Below, one piece after another: positions 21,291 through 30,480 of a stretch of 64,000 nt of DNA. The notes below the pieces were generated by a model. That model saw only the letters and a list, made by a program, of their open reading frames with translations, was not told the origin of the DNA and searched no databases. Source of the stretch: an uncultured Methanosarcinaceae archaeon (GTDB taxonomy: Archaea; Halobacteriota; Methanosarcinia; Methanosarcinales; Methanosarcinaceae); NCBI GenBank assembly GCA_963727895.1, contig CAVSHT010000003.1, forward strand, positions 256,001 through 320,000, given 5' to 3'. Each line of letters starts with the position of its first letter. Position 1 is the stretch's first letter. The position numbers were made by a program, and so were the translations under genes.

Positions 21291-21424
21291 TTGGGCAGTG
21301 GAATTGCCTAAAAGGCCAATTTAGCATCCGTGATCAAAGTCACACTTGAGCCTTCGATGGCAATTCACTGATTAGTTTTAGGACGGTTTTGAAAAACCAA
21401 AATCGAGACAACCTTACTGCCCAA
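21291..21424 (-). ncRNA. Candidate IS110 bridge/seek RNA
   Basis: Nested stems with internal loops; loop sequence ATTTAGCAT (21319-21327) is identical to the junction at 19979-19987; strand inferred from G-U pairs and transposase orientation. Confidence 0.6.
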
Positions 21425-21559
21425 GGTAATGAGGACTTAATAGTCAAAAAAAAGAACGGAGAGTACTGTCATTAGTTGTGCTTGTTATTCGAAGAAAAGC
21501 ATGTGCGTTGTAGGGGTGAGTCATGTGCAGTAGATATTAATAATATTTTCATATAATGT

Positions 21560-22394
21560 CTAGTTAGACAGCTCAGAATGAAACACTTCTTTATTCAGTC
21601 CATATGTTTTTACTAGAAATTTTACTTTCTCTAAGAACTCATTGGGTGACGTGGGAGATATGTATATTTTTTCAACTAATGTGTCTAATGAAATATTAAC
21701 GTACATTCCTTTACGTTCTACATTTTCGTCATCGTCTTCTTCTTTTTCTGTATCCTCAAATGCAACTATGGCTCTGATCTCTTTTTCTTCTACGAAATCT
21801 TTTTATCTTTTGTATAAGAAAGGGCAATAATCATTTCCAAGAACTATTTTTAATTCTTCGTTAATAGGTTATTTTTCCGAGAAATACTGTAGGCTTATTA
21901 TTACTAAAACAGTCTTGTAATCTTTTAAAATTTGATTGAATTGCAATGCCTGTCTCTTTTTCAGTGTACTTATCCCACATATATTTTGACTCGCATTCAT
22001 TCATATGAAAGCATTTTATAACAATTTCGTTCCTTGAACGATTTTTTCGCATATTGAGTATAATTTGTATCACTGGCACTTCTATATCTTTACCACTGTA
22101 GTTATCTATCAGATCTTTAAAAAGTTAAATGGTATCAATGTCTGTATCTGTATTGTAAAGTTCAGTTAACAATATTTGTATATTTTCGTCTTTGCATCTA
22201 TCCCGAAGCTCATGAATTGTGTTAAAGTCGGCATCAGTGGGACAACCTTCCCTAGGATCATCAAAAGAATTAGGACTTGAATAAAATAGCTTTTTAGTTT
22301 CTAACAATTCAACAAAATGTTTATATTTCATATAATGCCATATTTTTACCGAATCATTATCAGGCAGTTTGAAATATTTGTGCTCTTGATACAT
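21560..22394 (-). pseudogene. DUF2971-like protein, disrupted
   Basis: IWHYMKYKHFVELLETKKLFYSSPNSFDDPREG, MWDKY..GIAIQS, YKR..FVEEKEIRA, IYISP fragments separated by stops and frameshifts. Confidence 0.65.
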
Positions 22395-22446
22395 AATGTG
22401 AAATCCTTTTATATTTGATTAATTTTGATGAAAAAAATTAGTTAAT

Positions 22447-22576
22447 GAGTTATCTCGAAACTCAAAGGTTGATTTTTGAATCTCGTATTTGGAGCAGTCA
22501 ATCGAATATATGATCAGGGGGAATGACTCTGAAAACTCCTGATGATTTAGAATAAAACAGGTTTTGGGATAGGCTC
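22447..22576. mobile_element. ~130-bp MITE-like element, copy B
   Basis: GAGTTATCTCGAAACTC...GTTTTGGGATAGGCTC; diverged inverted copy of 8261-8392. Confidence 0.7.
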
Positions 22577-22697
22577 TATGAGAAACGCATAGGAACTTGT
22601 TATACTTTTTCTGTTCGAGTTTTTACTCACTCAAAAAATAGAACATTACAATATTTAATAGCCTTTTAATTAAAAAAGAAACCAGAATATTCTGGCT

Positions 22698-24107
22698 TCA
22701 CTGTTCTTTCAAATATTCATCAATTGCTTTTGCGGCTTTCTTGCCTGCGCCCATTGCACTGATAACGGTTGCTGCGCCTGTGACTACATCTCCACCTGCA
22801 AAGACTCCGCACTTTGAGGTTGCACCGGTTTCTTCGTCTGCAATTACAGTACCTCTCTTGTTCTGGTCAAGACCTTCTGAACCTTTGAAGATCATCGGGT
22901 TTGGAGAAGTACCAATTGCAATAACCACTACATCAGCAGGGATTGTGAATTCCGAACCTTCTACAGGGACAGGGCTTCTTCTTCCAGATTTATCAGGTTC
23001 GCCAAGTTCCATTTTAATGCATTCAACGGCTGTAGCATTGAACTTTTCGTCACCAAGAATGCGGACAGGGTTTGTAAGGAGCCTGAAGGTTATGCCTTCT
23101 TCTTTAGCGTGCTCGATTTCTTCCCTGCGGGCTGGCATCTCATCTTCCCCACGTCGGTAGACTATGCTTACCTCATTAGCGCCCAGACGAAGAGCTGAAC
23201 GAGCGGCGTCCATTGCCACATTTCCGCCTCCAACGACCACAACACGCTTTCCTAGCCTGACTCTGGTATCATATTCTGGGTCATAGGCTTTCATGAAGTT
23301 TACGCGGGTAAGAAACTCGTTTGCAGAATATACGCCGTTGAAGTTTTCTCCTGGAATTCCCATAAAGCTTGGGAGGCCTGCGCCTGTGCCAAGGAAAACT
23401 GCATCGAATTCGTCACAGAGTTCATCTAAAGTCTTGATCCTGCCAATTATATAGTTGGGCTTGAACTCGACTCCAAGCTGTTTTATGTAGTCAATTTCCT
23501 GATGCACAATTTCCTTTGGTAATCTAAATTCGGGAATGCCGTAACTCAATACTCCGCCAGCCTTGTGGAGAGATTCAAAAACTGTGACTTTGTGCCCCAT
23601 CTTTGCAAGATCTGCTGCGGCAGTAAGCCCTGCAGGACCTGAACCTACAACAGCTACTTTCTTTCCTGTAGGTTCCGAAACTTCAGGAACCTTCACTCCC
23701 TGCTGGCGTTCGTAGTCGGCACAGAAACGTTCGAGTCTTCCTATTGCTACCGGCTGTCCTTTCTTTCCGAGCACGCATAGAGCTTCGCACTGAGTTTCCT
23801 GAGGGCATACACGGCCACAAATTGCAGGAAGTGCATTTGTGCCTTTAATTTTTTCTATTGCTCCTGAGAAGTCTTCTTCGCAGATTAACTTGATAAAACC
23901 TGGAATATCGACATTTACAGGGCAGCCTTCAACACATTTTGGTTCCTTGCAGGAAAGGCAACGAGAGGCTTCAGCCAGAGCGTCTTCTTTCGTGTAGCCA
24001 AGGGCTACTTCATTAAAATTCTTTCTGCGCTCTTCTGCAGGCTGTTCTGGCATTGGGGTTCTTTCTTTCTTTGCCTTTACTGTTTTTTCTCCATTTAGTT
24101 CTTGCAT
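22698..24107 (-). CDS. sudA: SudA/NfnB/GltD-like NADPH-dependent oxidoreductase large subunit
   Basis: RCLSCKEPKCVEGCPV and GRVCPQETQCE Fe-S motifs, GSGPAG, GGGNVAMD, FAGGDVVTG. Confidence 0.88.
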   Translation of the reverse strand: MQELNGEKTVKAKKERTPMPEQPAEERRKNFNEVALGYTKEDALAEASRCLSCKEPKCVEGCPVNVDIPGFIKLICEEDFSGAIEKIKGTNALPAICGRVCPQETQCEALCVLGKKGQPVAIGRLERFCADYERQQGVKVPEVSEPTGKKVAVVGSGPAGLTAAADLAKMGHKVTVFESLHKAGGVLSYGIPEFRLPKEIVHQEIDYIKQLGVEFKPNYIIGRIKTLDELCDEFDAVFLGTGAGLPSFMGIPGENFNGVYSANEFLTRVNFMKAYDPEYDTRVRLGKRVVVVGGGNVAMDAARSALRLGANEVSIVYRRGEDEMPARREEIEHAKEEGITFRLLTNPVRILGDEKFNATAVECIKMELGEPDKSGRRSPVPVEGSEFTIPADVVVIAIGTSPNPMIFKGSEGLDQNKRGTVIADEETGATSKCGVFAGGDVVTGAATVISAMGAGKKAAKAIDEYLKEQ

Positions 24108-24127
24108 TTTTTCATCCCCTTCTTATA

Positions 24128-24973
24128 TCAGTGCAGTCCACACCTGCATTTCTCTTCATAATTCTCCACAGCTTTTGTCTCTTCGCCACGGTACATTGAA
24201 AGCCTGTTCATGAGTTCTACAAAATCGACTTTTCTTGCGTCAAATTCAGGTCCATCAACGCAGGTGAATCTTGTTTTTCCGTCAACTGTAACCCTGCATC
24301 CGCCGCACATACCTGTTCCATCCACCATAATGGAGTTAAGGCTGACCAGAATTTCAACATCATAAGGAGAAGCTACTCCGGCTCCTACTTTCATCATTAT
24401 TGGAGGTCCGATAATCACAACTCTTGCAACTTTTTCTCCGCTGCCCAGAATCTGTCTCATTATATCGGTCACAAATCCATGGTGTCCTTTTGAGCCGTCA
24501 TCAGTTGCAATATATAGTTCAGAGCTGGCATTTTTCATTTCCTCTTCAAGGATAAGAAGATCTTTGTTCCGGGCTCCTATAATGGAAATTACCTTGTTTC
24601 CCGCTTTGCTATAAGCTTTTGCCTGGGGATAGGCCGGGGCAACTCCTACACCTCCTCCTACAAGGATAACAGTGCCGAGTTTCCTTATATCGGAAGGAGT
24701 GCCAAGAGGCCCGACAAAGTCTTCCAGAAACTCGCCTGCGGAGAGTTTTGCAAGCTGTTTTGTAGTCTTTCCCATCTCTTGAAATATTATAGTTACTGTA
24801 CCTTCATCTTTTTCAAAATCAGCAATTGTAAAGGGAACTCTTTCCCCATTTTCATCAATTCTAAGGATTATGAACTGTCCGGCTTTTGCAGCCTTCGCCA
24901 CATCAGGAGCATCTATTACCATCCTGTGCACTGATGGGGAAATTTCTTCTTTTTTAAGTATTTTATATGCCAT
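24128..24973 (-). CDS. sudB: SudB/NfnA-like FAD/[2Fe-2S] electron-transfer subunit
   Basis: GQFIILR, GGGVGVAP, MVDGTGMCGGCRV...CVDGPEFD (Asp-ligated 2Fe-2S pattern of NfnA/SudB). Confidence 0.88.
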   Translation of the reverse strand: MAYKILKKEEISPSVHRMVIDAPDVAKAAKAGQFIILRIDENGERVPFTIADFEKDEGTVTIIFQEMGKTTKQLAKLSAGEFLEDFVGPLGTPSDIRKLGTVILVGGGVGVAPAYPQAKAYSKAGNKVISIIGARNKDLLILEEEMKNASSELYIATDDGSKGHHGFVTDIMRQILGSGEKVARVVIIGPPIMMKVGAGVASPYDVEILVSLNSIMVDGTGMCGGCRVTVDGKTRFTCVDGPEFDARKVDFVELMNRLSMYRGEETKAVENYEEKCRCGLH

Positions 24974-25538
24974 GAGATCACATTTTCCTAAGTAAAAGTA
25001 ATTTTGAATAAAGGAATCGGTTAATCTTAATATAGAGGATTTACTCTCAGTTTTTCCTGACTCCCGAGTTTTCAGCTCGGACGATCTCCTTATATTGATT
25101 AATGAGATATATATTCTCCCAAATAATTTTAATTATTTTTCAGTATATATTTTGTTTTTTGATTCTAAGTTCCAGTCCTTTCAATACTTCTTTTTTAAAA
25201 AGAGTTTTGGAATTCTTCAACTTTTTTACAATTATTGCAATAATTTAATAAATATAGTGGGTATACTAACATTAAGGGATAATTCCTGAAACGGTTCATT
25301 CAGGAGGTGGATTGGCAAAGAGTGGATAAAGTAAAATATATAAATATCCATATATTAGGTAAATATCCAGATATATAACCAATTTTTGGCTGTATTTGGA
25401 CTTGAAAGCTTAAAATCTTTGCTTGAATGAAAAATTCGTCTGCTGTATTGTTAATAAAGAGCTGGCAATTTCGTTTTGGAAGGCGGATTAAGGGGAAAGC
25501 TCAACTGAGATAATTTATGCATAATGGGGGTTAAACAA

Positions 25539-25679
25539 ATGCCTGAAGAAAGAAGAGAAGGTACAAAGGGAGAAAAAGTAGAGAAAATAGAAGGGGAAGA
25601 AGTAGCTGACATCGATCCAATTCATCCTACTGAAGCACGGGGCGGCAAGAAGAGATCACTCCTTGATACCTGTAAATAA
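25539..25679 (+). CDS. Putative 46-aa small protein
   Basis: GGGGG RBS-like run 8 nt upstream, purine-rich coding-like composition within an AT-rich spacer, T-rich terminator-like tract after TAA. Confidence 0.55.
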   Translation: MPEERREGTKGEKVEKIEGEEVADIDPIHPTEARGGKKRSLLDTCK

Positions 25680-25974
25680 TCTAACTTATTTTTCATTTTT
25701 TGGTAGGGATAATATGATCCCGAGTTGAACATTTTTGCTTTTTGCTCTATTTTTACTATTTTTCGATTTCGTCTTTTTTAAAAAGAGTTTCTTGCCTTTC
25801 ATTCAAGGCGTGAATATATTCAGTTATTTTCCAGGCAAAGTTTATTTAATGACTTTCATTATATATTACACAATCTCGTATTTTCAGTCTATTGATTATC
25901 TCTTTATTAAGCTAATCTATAAACTTCCAATTCAATGAGTAAGATTGCCTACGTTTTAACAATCCTTCAAGGAG

Positions 25975-27351
25975 ATGACAGGTATAAAATCAATAATTCT
26001 TGCAGGCGGCTCAGGAACTCGACTTTGGCCTCTAAGCCGTGAAATGTATCCCAAGCAGTTTTTAAAATTTGGAAATACTTCCCTCTTCCAGGAAACTGTT
26101 CTTCGCTGCCTTGAAATTTCTGATATTTCAGAAATCTTTGTTGTAACGAATGAAGCTCAAAAGTTTTTTGTAATAGGCCAGATTAAGGAAATTGGGTACT
26201 CTATCCCTCCAGAAAACATTTTAATTGAGCCTGAAGGCAAGAATACTCTCCCTGCAATCTTCTTTGGAATGAAAGAAATTGAAAAAAAATTTGGGCCTTC
26301 TGTAGTAGGAATCTTTTCTTCGGATCATATCCTTGATAAAACTGCAATGCAGACAATCTCTTCAGCTGAAGAGCTCATTTCAGATTATCTGGTTACTTTT
26401 GGAGTTGTTCCTACTTTCCCTCATACCGGATATGGGTATATCAAACCCTCAGAAGCATGTTTACTAGGTTATAAGGTCTCAGGATTCAGAGAAAAACCGG
26501 ATCTAGAGACTGCAGAAAAATACATTCAGGAAGGTTGTCTCTGGAATAGCGGAATGTTCCTTTTCGAAACTGGGCTTTTCTTTGAAGAAGTTAAAAAACA
26601 TGCACCTTCGGTTTTCGCCTGTTTTGAGAGTGGAAAAAATATTAATGAAATTTATGCATGTGTGGACAAAATTTCCATTGATTATGGGATAATGGAAAAG
26701 TCGGATAAGGTTGCAGTCGTAAAGCTGGAGCATAAATGGGGTGATCTTGGGAATTTTGCGGCAATATATGACGAGTTTGAAAAAGATTCAGTAGGAAATG
26801 TGGTTCATGAATGTGATCCTCTTCTGCTCAATTCTGATGGAAATTTTGTGTATTCAAGACCAGGTAAGATTGTCTCACTCATCGATGTCAAAGATATGGT
26901 TGTTGTCGATACCAGCGATGCTCTGCTAGTCTGTCCTAAATCAAGTAGTCAAAAGGTAAAGGAGATTGTCTCTACACTTAAAGATAGGGATGATGAAAGA
27001 GCATACATAGGGCAGACCGTTTACAGGCCCTGGGGTTCATATACTTTACTTGAGACATCTGCTGAACACAAAATTAAAAATATTACTGTGCTTCCTGATC
27101 ATAAGTTAAGCCTCCAGTTGCATTACCATCGAAGTGAACACTGGGTTATTGTTAAAGGGATGGCCTGTGTGGAAATTAAAGATAGGCAGTTTTTCCTGAG
27201 ACCCGGAGAGAGTACTTTTATCCGTGCAGGAGAAAAACACAGATTATCTAATCCCGGAAAAATTCCACTTGAGATTATTGAAGTTCAGCTCGGAGAACTT
27301 GTAGACGAAGAGGATATTGTCAGGTTTGATGATGTATATGGGAGGAGCTGA
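25975..27351 (+). CDS. manC: Mannose-1-phosphate guanylyltransferase/mannose-6-phosphate isomerase
   Basis: LAGGSGTRLWPLSR..PKQF, EPEGKNT, WNSGMF, C-terminal cupin RPWGSY...SLQLHYHRSEHW. Confidence 0.95.
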   Translation: MTGIKSIILAGGSGTRLWPLSREMYPKQFLKFGNTSLFQETVLRCLEISDISEIFVVTNEAQKFFVIGQIKEIGYSIPPENILIEPEGKNTLPAIFFGMKEIEKKFGPSVVGIFSSDHILDKTAMQTISSAEELISDYLVTFGVVPTFPHTGYGYIKPSEACLLGYKVSGFREKPDLETAEKYIQEGCLWNSGMFLFETGLFFEEVKKHAPSVFACFESGKNINEIYACVDKISIDYGIMEKSDKVAVVKLEHKWGDLGNFAAIYDEFEKDSVGNVVHECDPLLLNSDGNFVYSRPGKIVSLIDVKDMVVVDTSDALLVCPKSSSQKVKEIVSTLKDRDDERAYIGQTVYRPWGSYTLLETSAEHKIKNITVLPDHKLSLQLHYHRSEHWVIVKGMACVEIKDRQFFLRPGESTFIRAGEKHRLSNPGKIPLEIIEVQLGELVDEEDIVRFDDVYGRS

Positions 27352-27356
27352 TAAAG

Positions 27357-27908
27357 GTGGATGTTATAAAAACGAAAATTAAAGATCTTTGTATACTTGA
27401 ACCTACAGTTTTTAGGGATGATAGGGGTTATTTTTTTGAAAGTTATAATAAAAAAACCCTGGATGACCTTTTAGGAAAAGAGTATACTTTTGTTCAGGAT
27501 AACGAATCAAAGTCATCTTATGGAGTAATTCGTGGTTTACACTATCAACTGGCTCCTTTTAGTCAGTCGAAACTCGTAAGAGTTTTGCAAGGAACAGTAT
27601 ACGATGTTGCAGTAGATCTAAGGAAAAATTCCCCTACTTTTCTAGAATGGGTTGGAGTTGAACTTTCAGGTGAAAATAAAAGGCAGTTTTTAATTCCTAA
27701 AGGCTTTGCTCATGGATTTTCTGTACTAAGTGAAACTGCCATTTTTCAATACAAATGTGATGAATACTACCATCCTGAGGCTGAAGCAGGAATTATCTAT
27801 AATGATCCATCACTCAATATTGACTGGAAAATAAAAGCCGAGGATCTAAAGCACTCTCCAAAAGATCTGCTACTCCCCAAATTAGAAGATGCCACGATGA
27901 ATTTTTAA
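27357..27908 (+). CDS. rfbC: dTDP-4-dehydrorhamnose 3,5-epimerase
   Basis: DDRGYFFESY, VQDNES, RGLHYQ, GFAHGF. Confidence 0.95.
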   Translation: MDVIKTKIKDLCILEPTVFRDDRGYFFESYNKKTLDDLLGKEYTFVQDNESKSSYGVIRGLHYQLAPFSQSKLVRVLQGTVYDVAVDLRKNSPTFLEWVGVELSGENKRQFLIPKGFAHGFSVLSETAIFQYKCDEYYHPEAEAGIIYNDPSLNIDWKIKAEDLKHSPKDLLLPKLEDATMNF

Positions 27909-28019
27909 AGCTTAGGCAAATTTTATTCCCTGATCACAATTTATCCATTAATTCTAATTTATAGCATTGTATTTCTATTAACCTATTAACTATTTATCTT
28001 ATACCAAGAGGTGGCCTAA

Positions 28020-28976
28020 ATGAGACTTCTAGTTACAGGAGGTTGCGGATTCATAGGCAGCAACTTTATCCATTACCTGCTTGAAAAGTATCCCAACTAT
28101 CAAATTGTAATTTTTGACAAGTTAACTTATGCCGGAAATCTTACCAGTCTCAAAGATGTTGAAGATAATCCAAATTACTCTTTTGTTCAAGGAGATATCT
28201 GTGATTCGATAGCTGTTAATGAGGTAATGAAAGAAGTTGATTGTGTTGTACATTTCGCAGCCGAAAGCCATGTTGACCGATCTATTGAAGATGGCTCTGT
28301 TTTCGTAAGAACAAATGTATTGGGGACAAATACTCTTCTGCAAAGTGCACTTGCACATAATATAAAGAAATTTATCCATATTTCAACTGATGAAGTATAT
28401 GGTAGCATTAAAGAAGGTTCTTTTAATGAAAAAGATAACCTGAATCCTTCAAGTCCTTATTCTTCAAGCAAAGCAGGTTCCGATCTTCTTGCAATGTCTT
28501 ATTATACAACATACGGTCTTCCTGTTTGTATAACCCGTTGCACTAATAATTTTGGGCCTTATCAGTACCCTGAAAAATTAATTCCATTTTTTATCAGTAG
28601 ATTAATGGAAGGAAAAAAGGTACCTGTTTATGGTACTGGTCTCAATATTCGGGACTGGATTTATGTGGAAGACCACTGTTCTGCAGTGGATTTTGTCCTT
28701 CACAATGGAACCAGCGGAGAAATCTATAATATAGATGGTGGAAACGAGCTTACAAACCTTGAAATCACTTACCGTATTCTTAAAATGCTTGGTAAAGACG
28801 AGTCTTCAATTGAATATGTTGAAGACCGAAAAGGTCATGATTTCCGGTATTCTCTTGATGGAAGCAAGCTCGAAAATATGGGATGGACACCAAAATATGA
28901 TTTTGATACTGCCCTTGAGCAAACAGTCAAATGGTATGTTGAAAATCGATGGTGGTGGGAACCATTAAAACGCTGA
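28020..28976 (+). CDS. rfbB: dTDP-glucose 4,6-dehydratase
   Basis: VTGGCGFIGS, DKLTYAG, FAAESHVDRSI, STDEVYG, YSSSKA. Confidence 0.95.
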   Translation: MRLLVTGGCGFIGSNFIHYLLEKYPNYQIVIFDKLTYAGNLTSLKDVEDNPNYSFVQGDICDSIAVNEVMKEVDCVVHFAAESHVDRSIEDGSVFVRTNVLGTNTLLQSALAHNIKKFIHISTDEVYGSIKEGSFNEKDNLNPSSPYSSSKAGSDLLAMSYYTTYGLPVCITRCTNNFGPYQYPEKLIPFFISRLMEGKKVPVYGTGLNIRDWIYVEDHCSAVDFVLHNGTSGEIYNIDGGNELTNLEITYRILKMLGKDESSIEYVEDRKGHDFRYSLDGSKLENMGWTPKYDFDTALEQTVKWYVENRWWWEPLKR

Positions 28977-29761
28977 TCATCGGTGCCGATGGTATGCTTG
29001 GATTCGATCTTTGTAAAGTATTTCCGGATGCAGTAAAACTGACACATGAAGACATTGACATTACAGATAGAGAGCAGGTATTGCAGTCCATCCAAAAAAT
29101 AAATCCTAAGCTCGTTATCAATGCCGCTGCTTACACCAATGTTGACGGCTGCGAAGACAACCAGGAATTGGCATTCAAGGTTAACGGATATGGACCTGGA
29201 TATATTGCTGAAGCCTGTAACAAAATAGGTGCAACACTTATACACTTCAGCACAGACTACGTATTTAACGGATCAAAAAAAGAGTATACAGAATCCGATA
29301 TTCCTGCTGATCCTATTAATGTATACGGGCGTTCAAAACTTCTTGGTGAACAGAAGATCGCTGAAAATATGGATGACTATCGAATTATCCGGATTTCCTG
29401 GCTTTTTGGTACTCACGGAAAAAATTTTGTAGAAACAATATTGAAACTCTCTGGTGAAATAAAAAAAGTCAAAGTTGTTAATGATCAATTTGGAAAACCC
29501 ACCTATACAGTAGATCTAGCTAATAAGATCGCCGAGATTGCTGAACTTGAAGCCGGTATATACCATGTGACAAATGATGGTATATGTTCCTGGTACGAGC
29601 TTGCATCTGCTGTTATAAATAATACTGTTCCATGTACAAGTGAAGAATTTCCAAAAAAAGCTAGACGTCCAAAGTATTCGGTTCTTGTAAATACTAAAAC
29701 CAAGCCTATGAGGCACTGGAAAGATGCACTTAAATATTATCTAAAGGAGAGAAATACATGA
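28949..29761 (+). CDS. rfbD: dTDP-4-dehydrorhamnose reductase
   Basis: GADGMLG, NAAAYTNVD, STDYVF, YGRSKLLGE. Confidence 0.93.
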   Translation: MVVGTIKTLIIGADGMLGFDLCKVFPDAVKLTHEDIDITDREQVLQSIQKINPKLVINAAAYTNVDGCEDNQELAFKVNGYGPGYIAEACNKIGATLIHFSTDYVFNGSKKEYTESDIPADPINVYGRSKLLGEQKIAENMDDYRIIRISWLFGTHGKNFVETILKLSGEIKKVKVVNDQFGKPTYTVDLANKIAEIAELEAGIYHVTNDGICSWYELASAVINNTVPCTSEEFPKKARRPKYSVLVNTKTKPMRHWKDALKYYLKERNT

Positions 29762-30474
29762 AAGGCATAATACTCGCAGGCGGTACTGGAAGCAGATTAT
29801 ACCCTCTGACTAAGGTTACAAACAAACACCTGTTACCTGTTTATGATAAACCAATGATCTATTATCCTATCCAGACTCTTATTAACGCAGGCATCAAGGA
29901 AATAATGATCGTATCCGGTCGAGGTCATGCAGGGCATTTTCTTGAGCTTCTGGGATCAGGTATAGATCTCGGGGTTAAATTTACATATGAAATCCAGGAA
30001 GAAGCTGGTGGAATTGCACAGGCTTTAGGTCTTGCAGAGCGTTTTGCTGATGAAGATGATGTAACAGTGATCCTTGGGGATAATATTTTCCAGGATAACA
30101 TTAAAGAGGATGTCTCGAAATTTACAGGTGGTGCCAAGATCTTCTTAAAAGAAGTGCAGGATGCTCACAGGTTTGGAGTGGCTGAACTTAACGGTGACAA
30201 GGTAATAGGGATTCAGGAAAAACCTCATGATCCAAAAAGTAATTTTGCAGTTACCGGTCTTTATATATATAGCAATAGTGTATTCAAAACCGTTAAAACC
30301 CTTAAGCCTTCTGCACGAGGGGAACTTGAAATCACTGATGTCAACAATTATTTTGTTAATAATGAGACTATGGAATATCGCATTCTGGACGGTTTCTGGA
30401 GTGATGCAGGTACGTTTGAGAGTTTATTAAGAGCCGGAGTACTTATTCAGAAACACAGTAAAAACATGGAGTAA
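29758..30474 (+). CDS. rfbA: Glucose-1-phosphate thymidylyltransferase
   Basis: MKGIILAGGTGSRLYPLT, KHLLPVYDKPMI, RGELEITD, WSDAGT. Confidence 0.93.
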   Translation: MKGIILAGGTGSRLYPLTKVTNKHLLPVYDKPMIYYPIQTLINAGIKEIMIVSGRGHAGHFLELLGSGIDLGVKFTYEIQEEAGGIAQALGLAERFADEDDVTVILGDNIFQDNIKEDVSKFTGGAKIFLKEVQDAHRFGVAELNGDKVIGIQEKPHDPKSNFAVTGLYIYSNSVFKTVKTLKPSARGELEITDVNNYFVNNETMEYRILDGFWSDAGTFESLLRAGVLIQKHSKNME

Positions 30475-30480
30475 AACTCA

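Larger units (their letters stand above)
19983..21503 (-). mobile_element. IS110/IS1111 family element (decayed)
   Basis: AGCATG repeated at both proposed boundaries (19983-19988, 21498-21503); transposase plus ~230-bp upstream non-coding region; boundaries inferred. Confidence 0.7.

Noticed and set aside
17260..22600. Integrated provirus or island at tRNA-Arg
   Set aside because: No integrase and no att-like duplication of the tRNA 3' end found by eye
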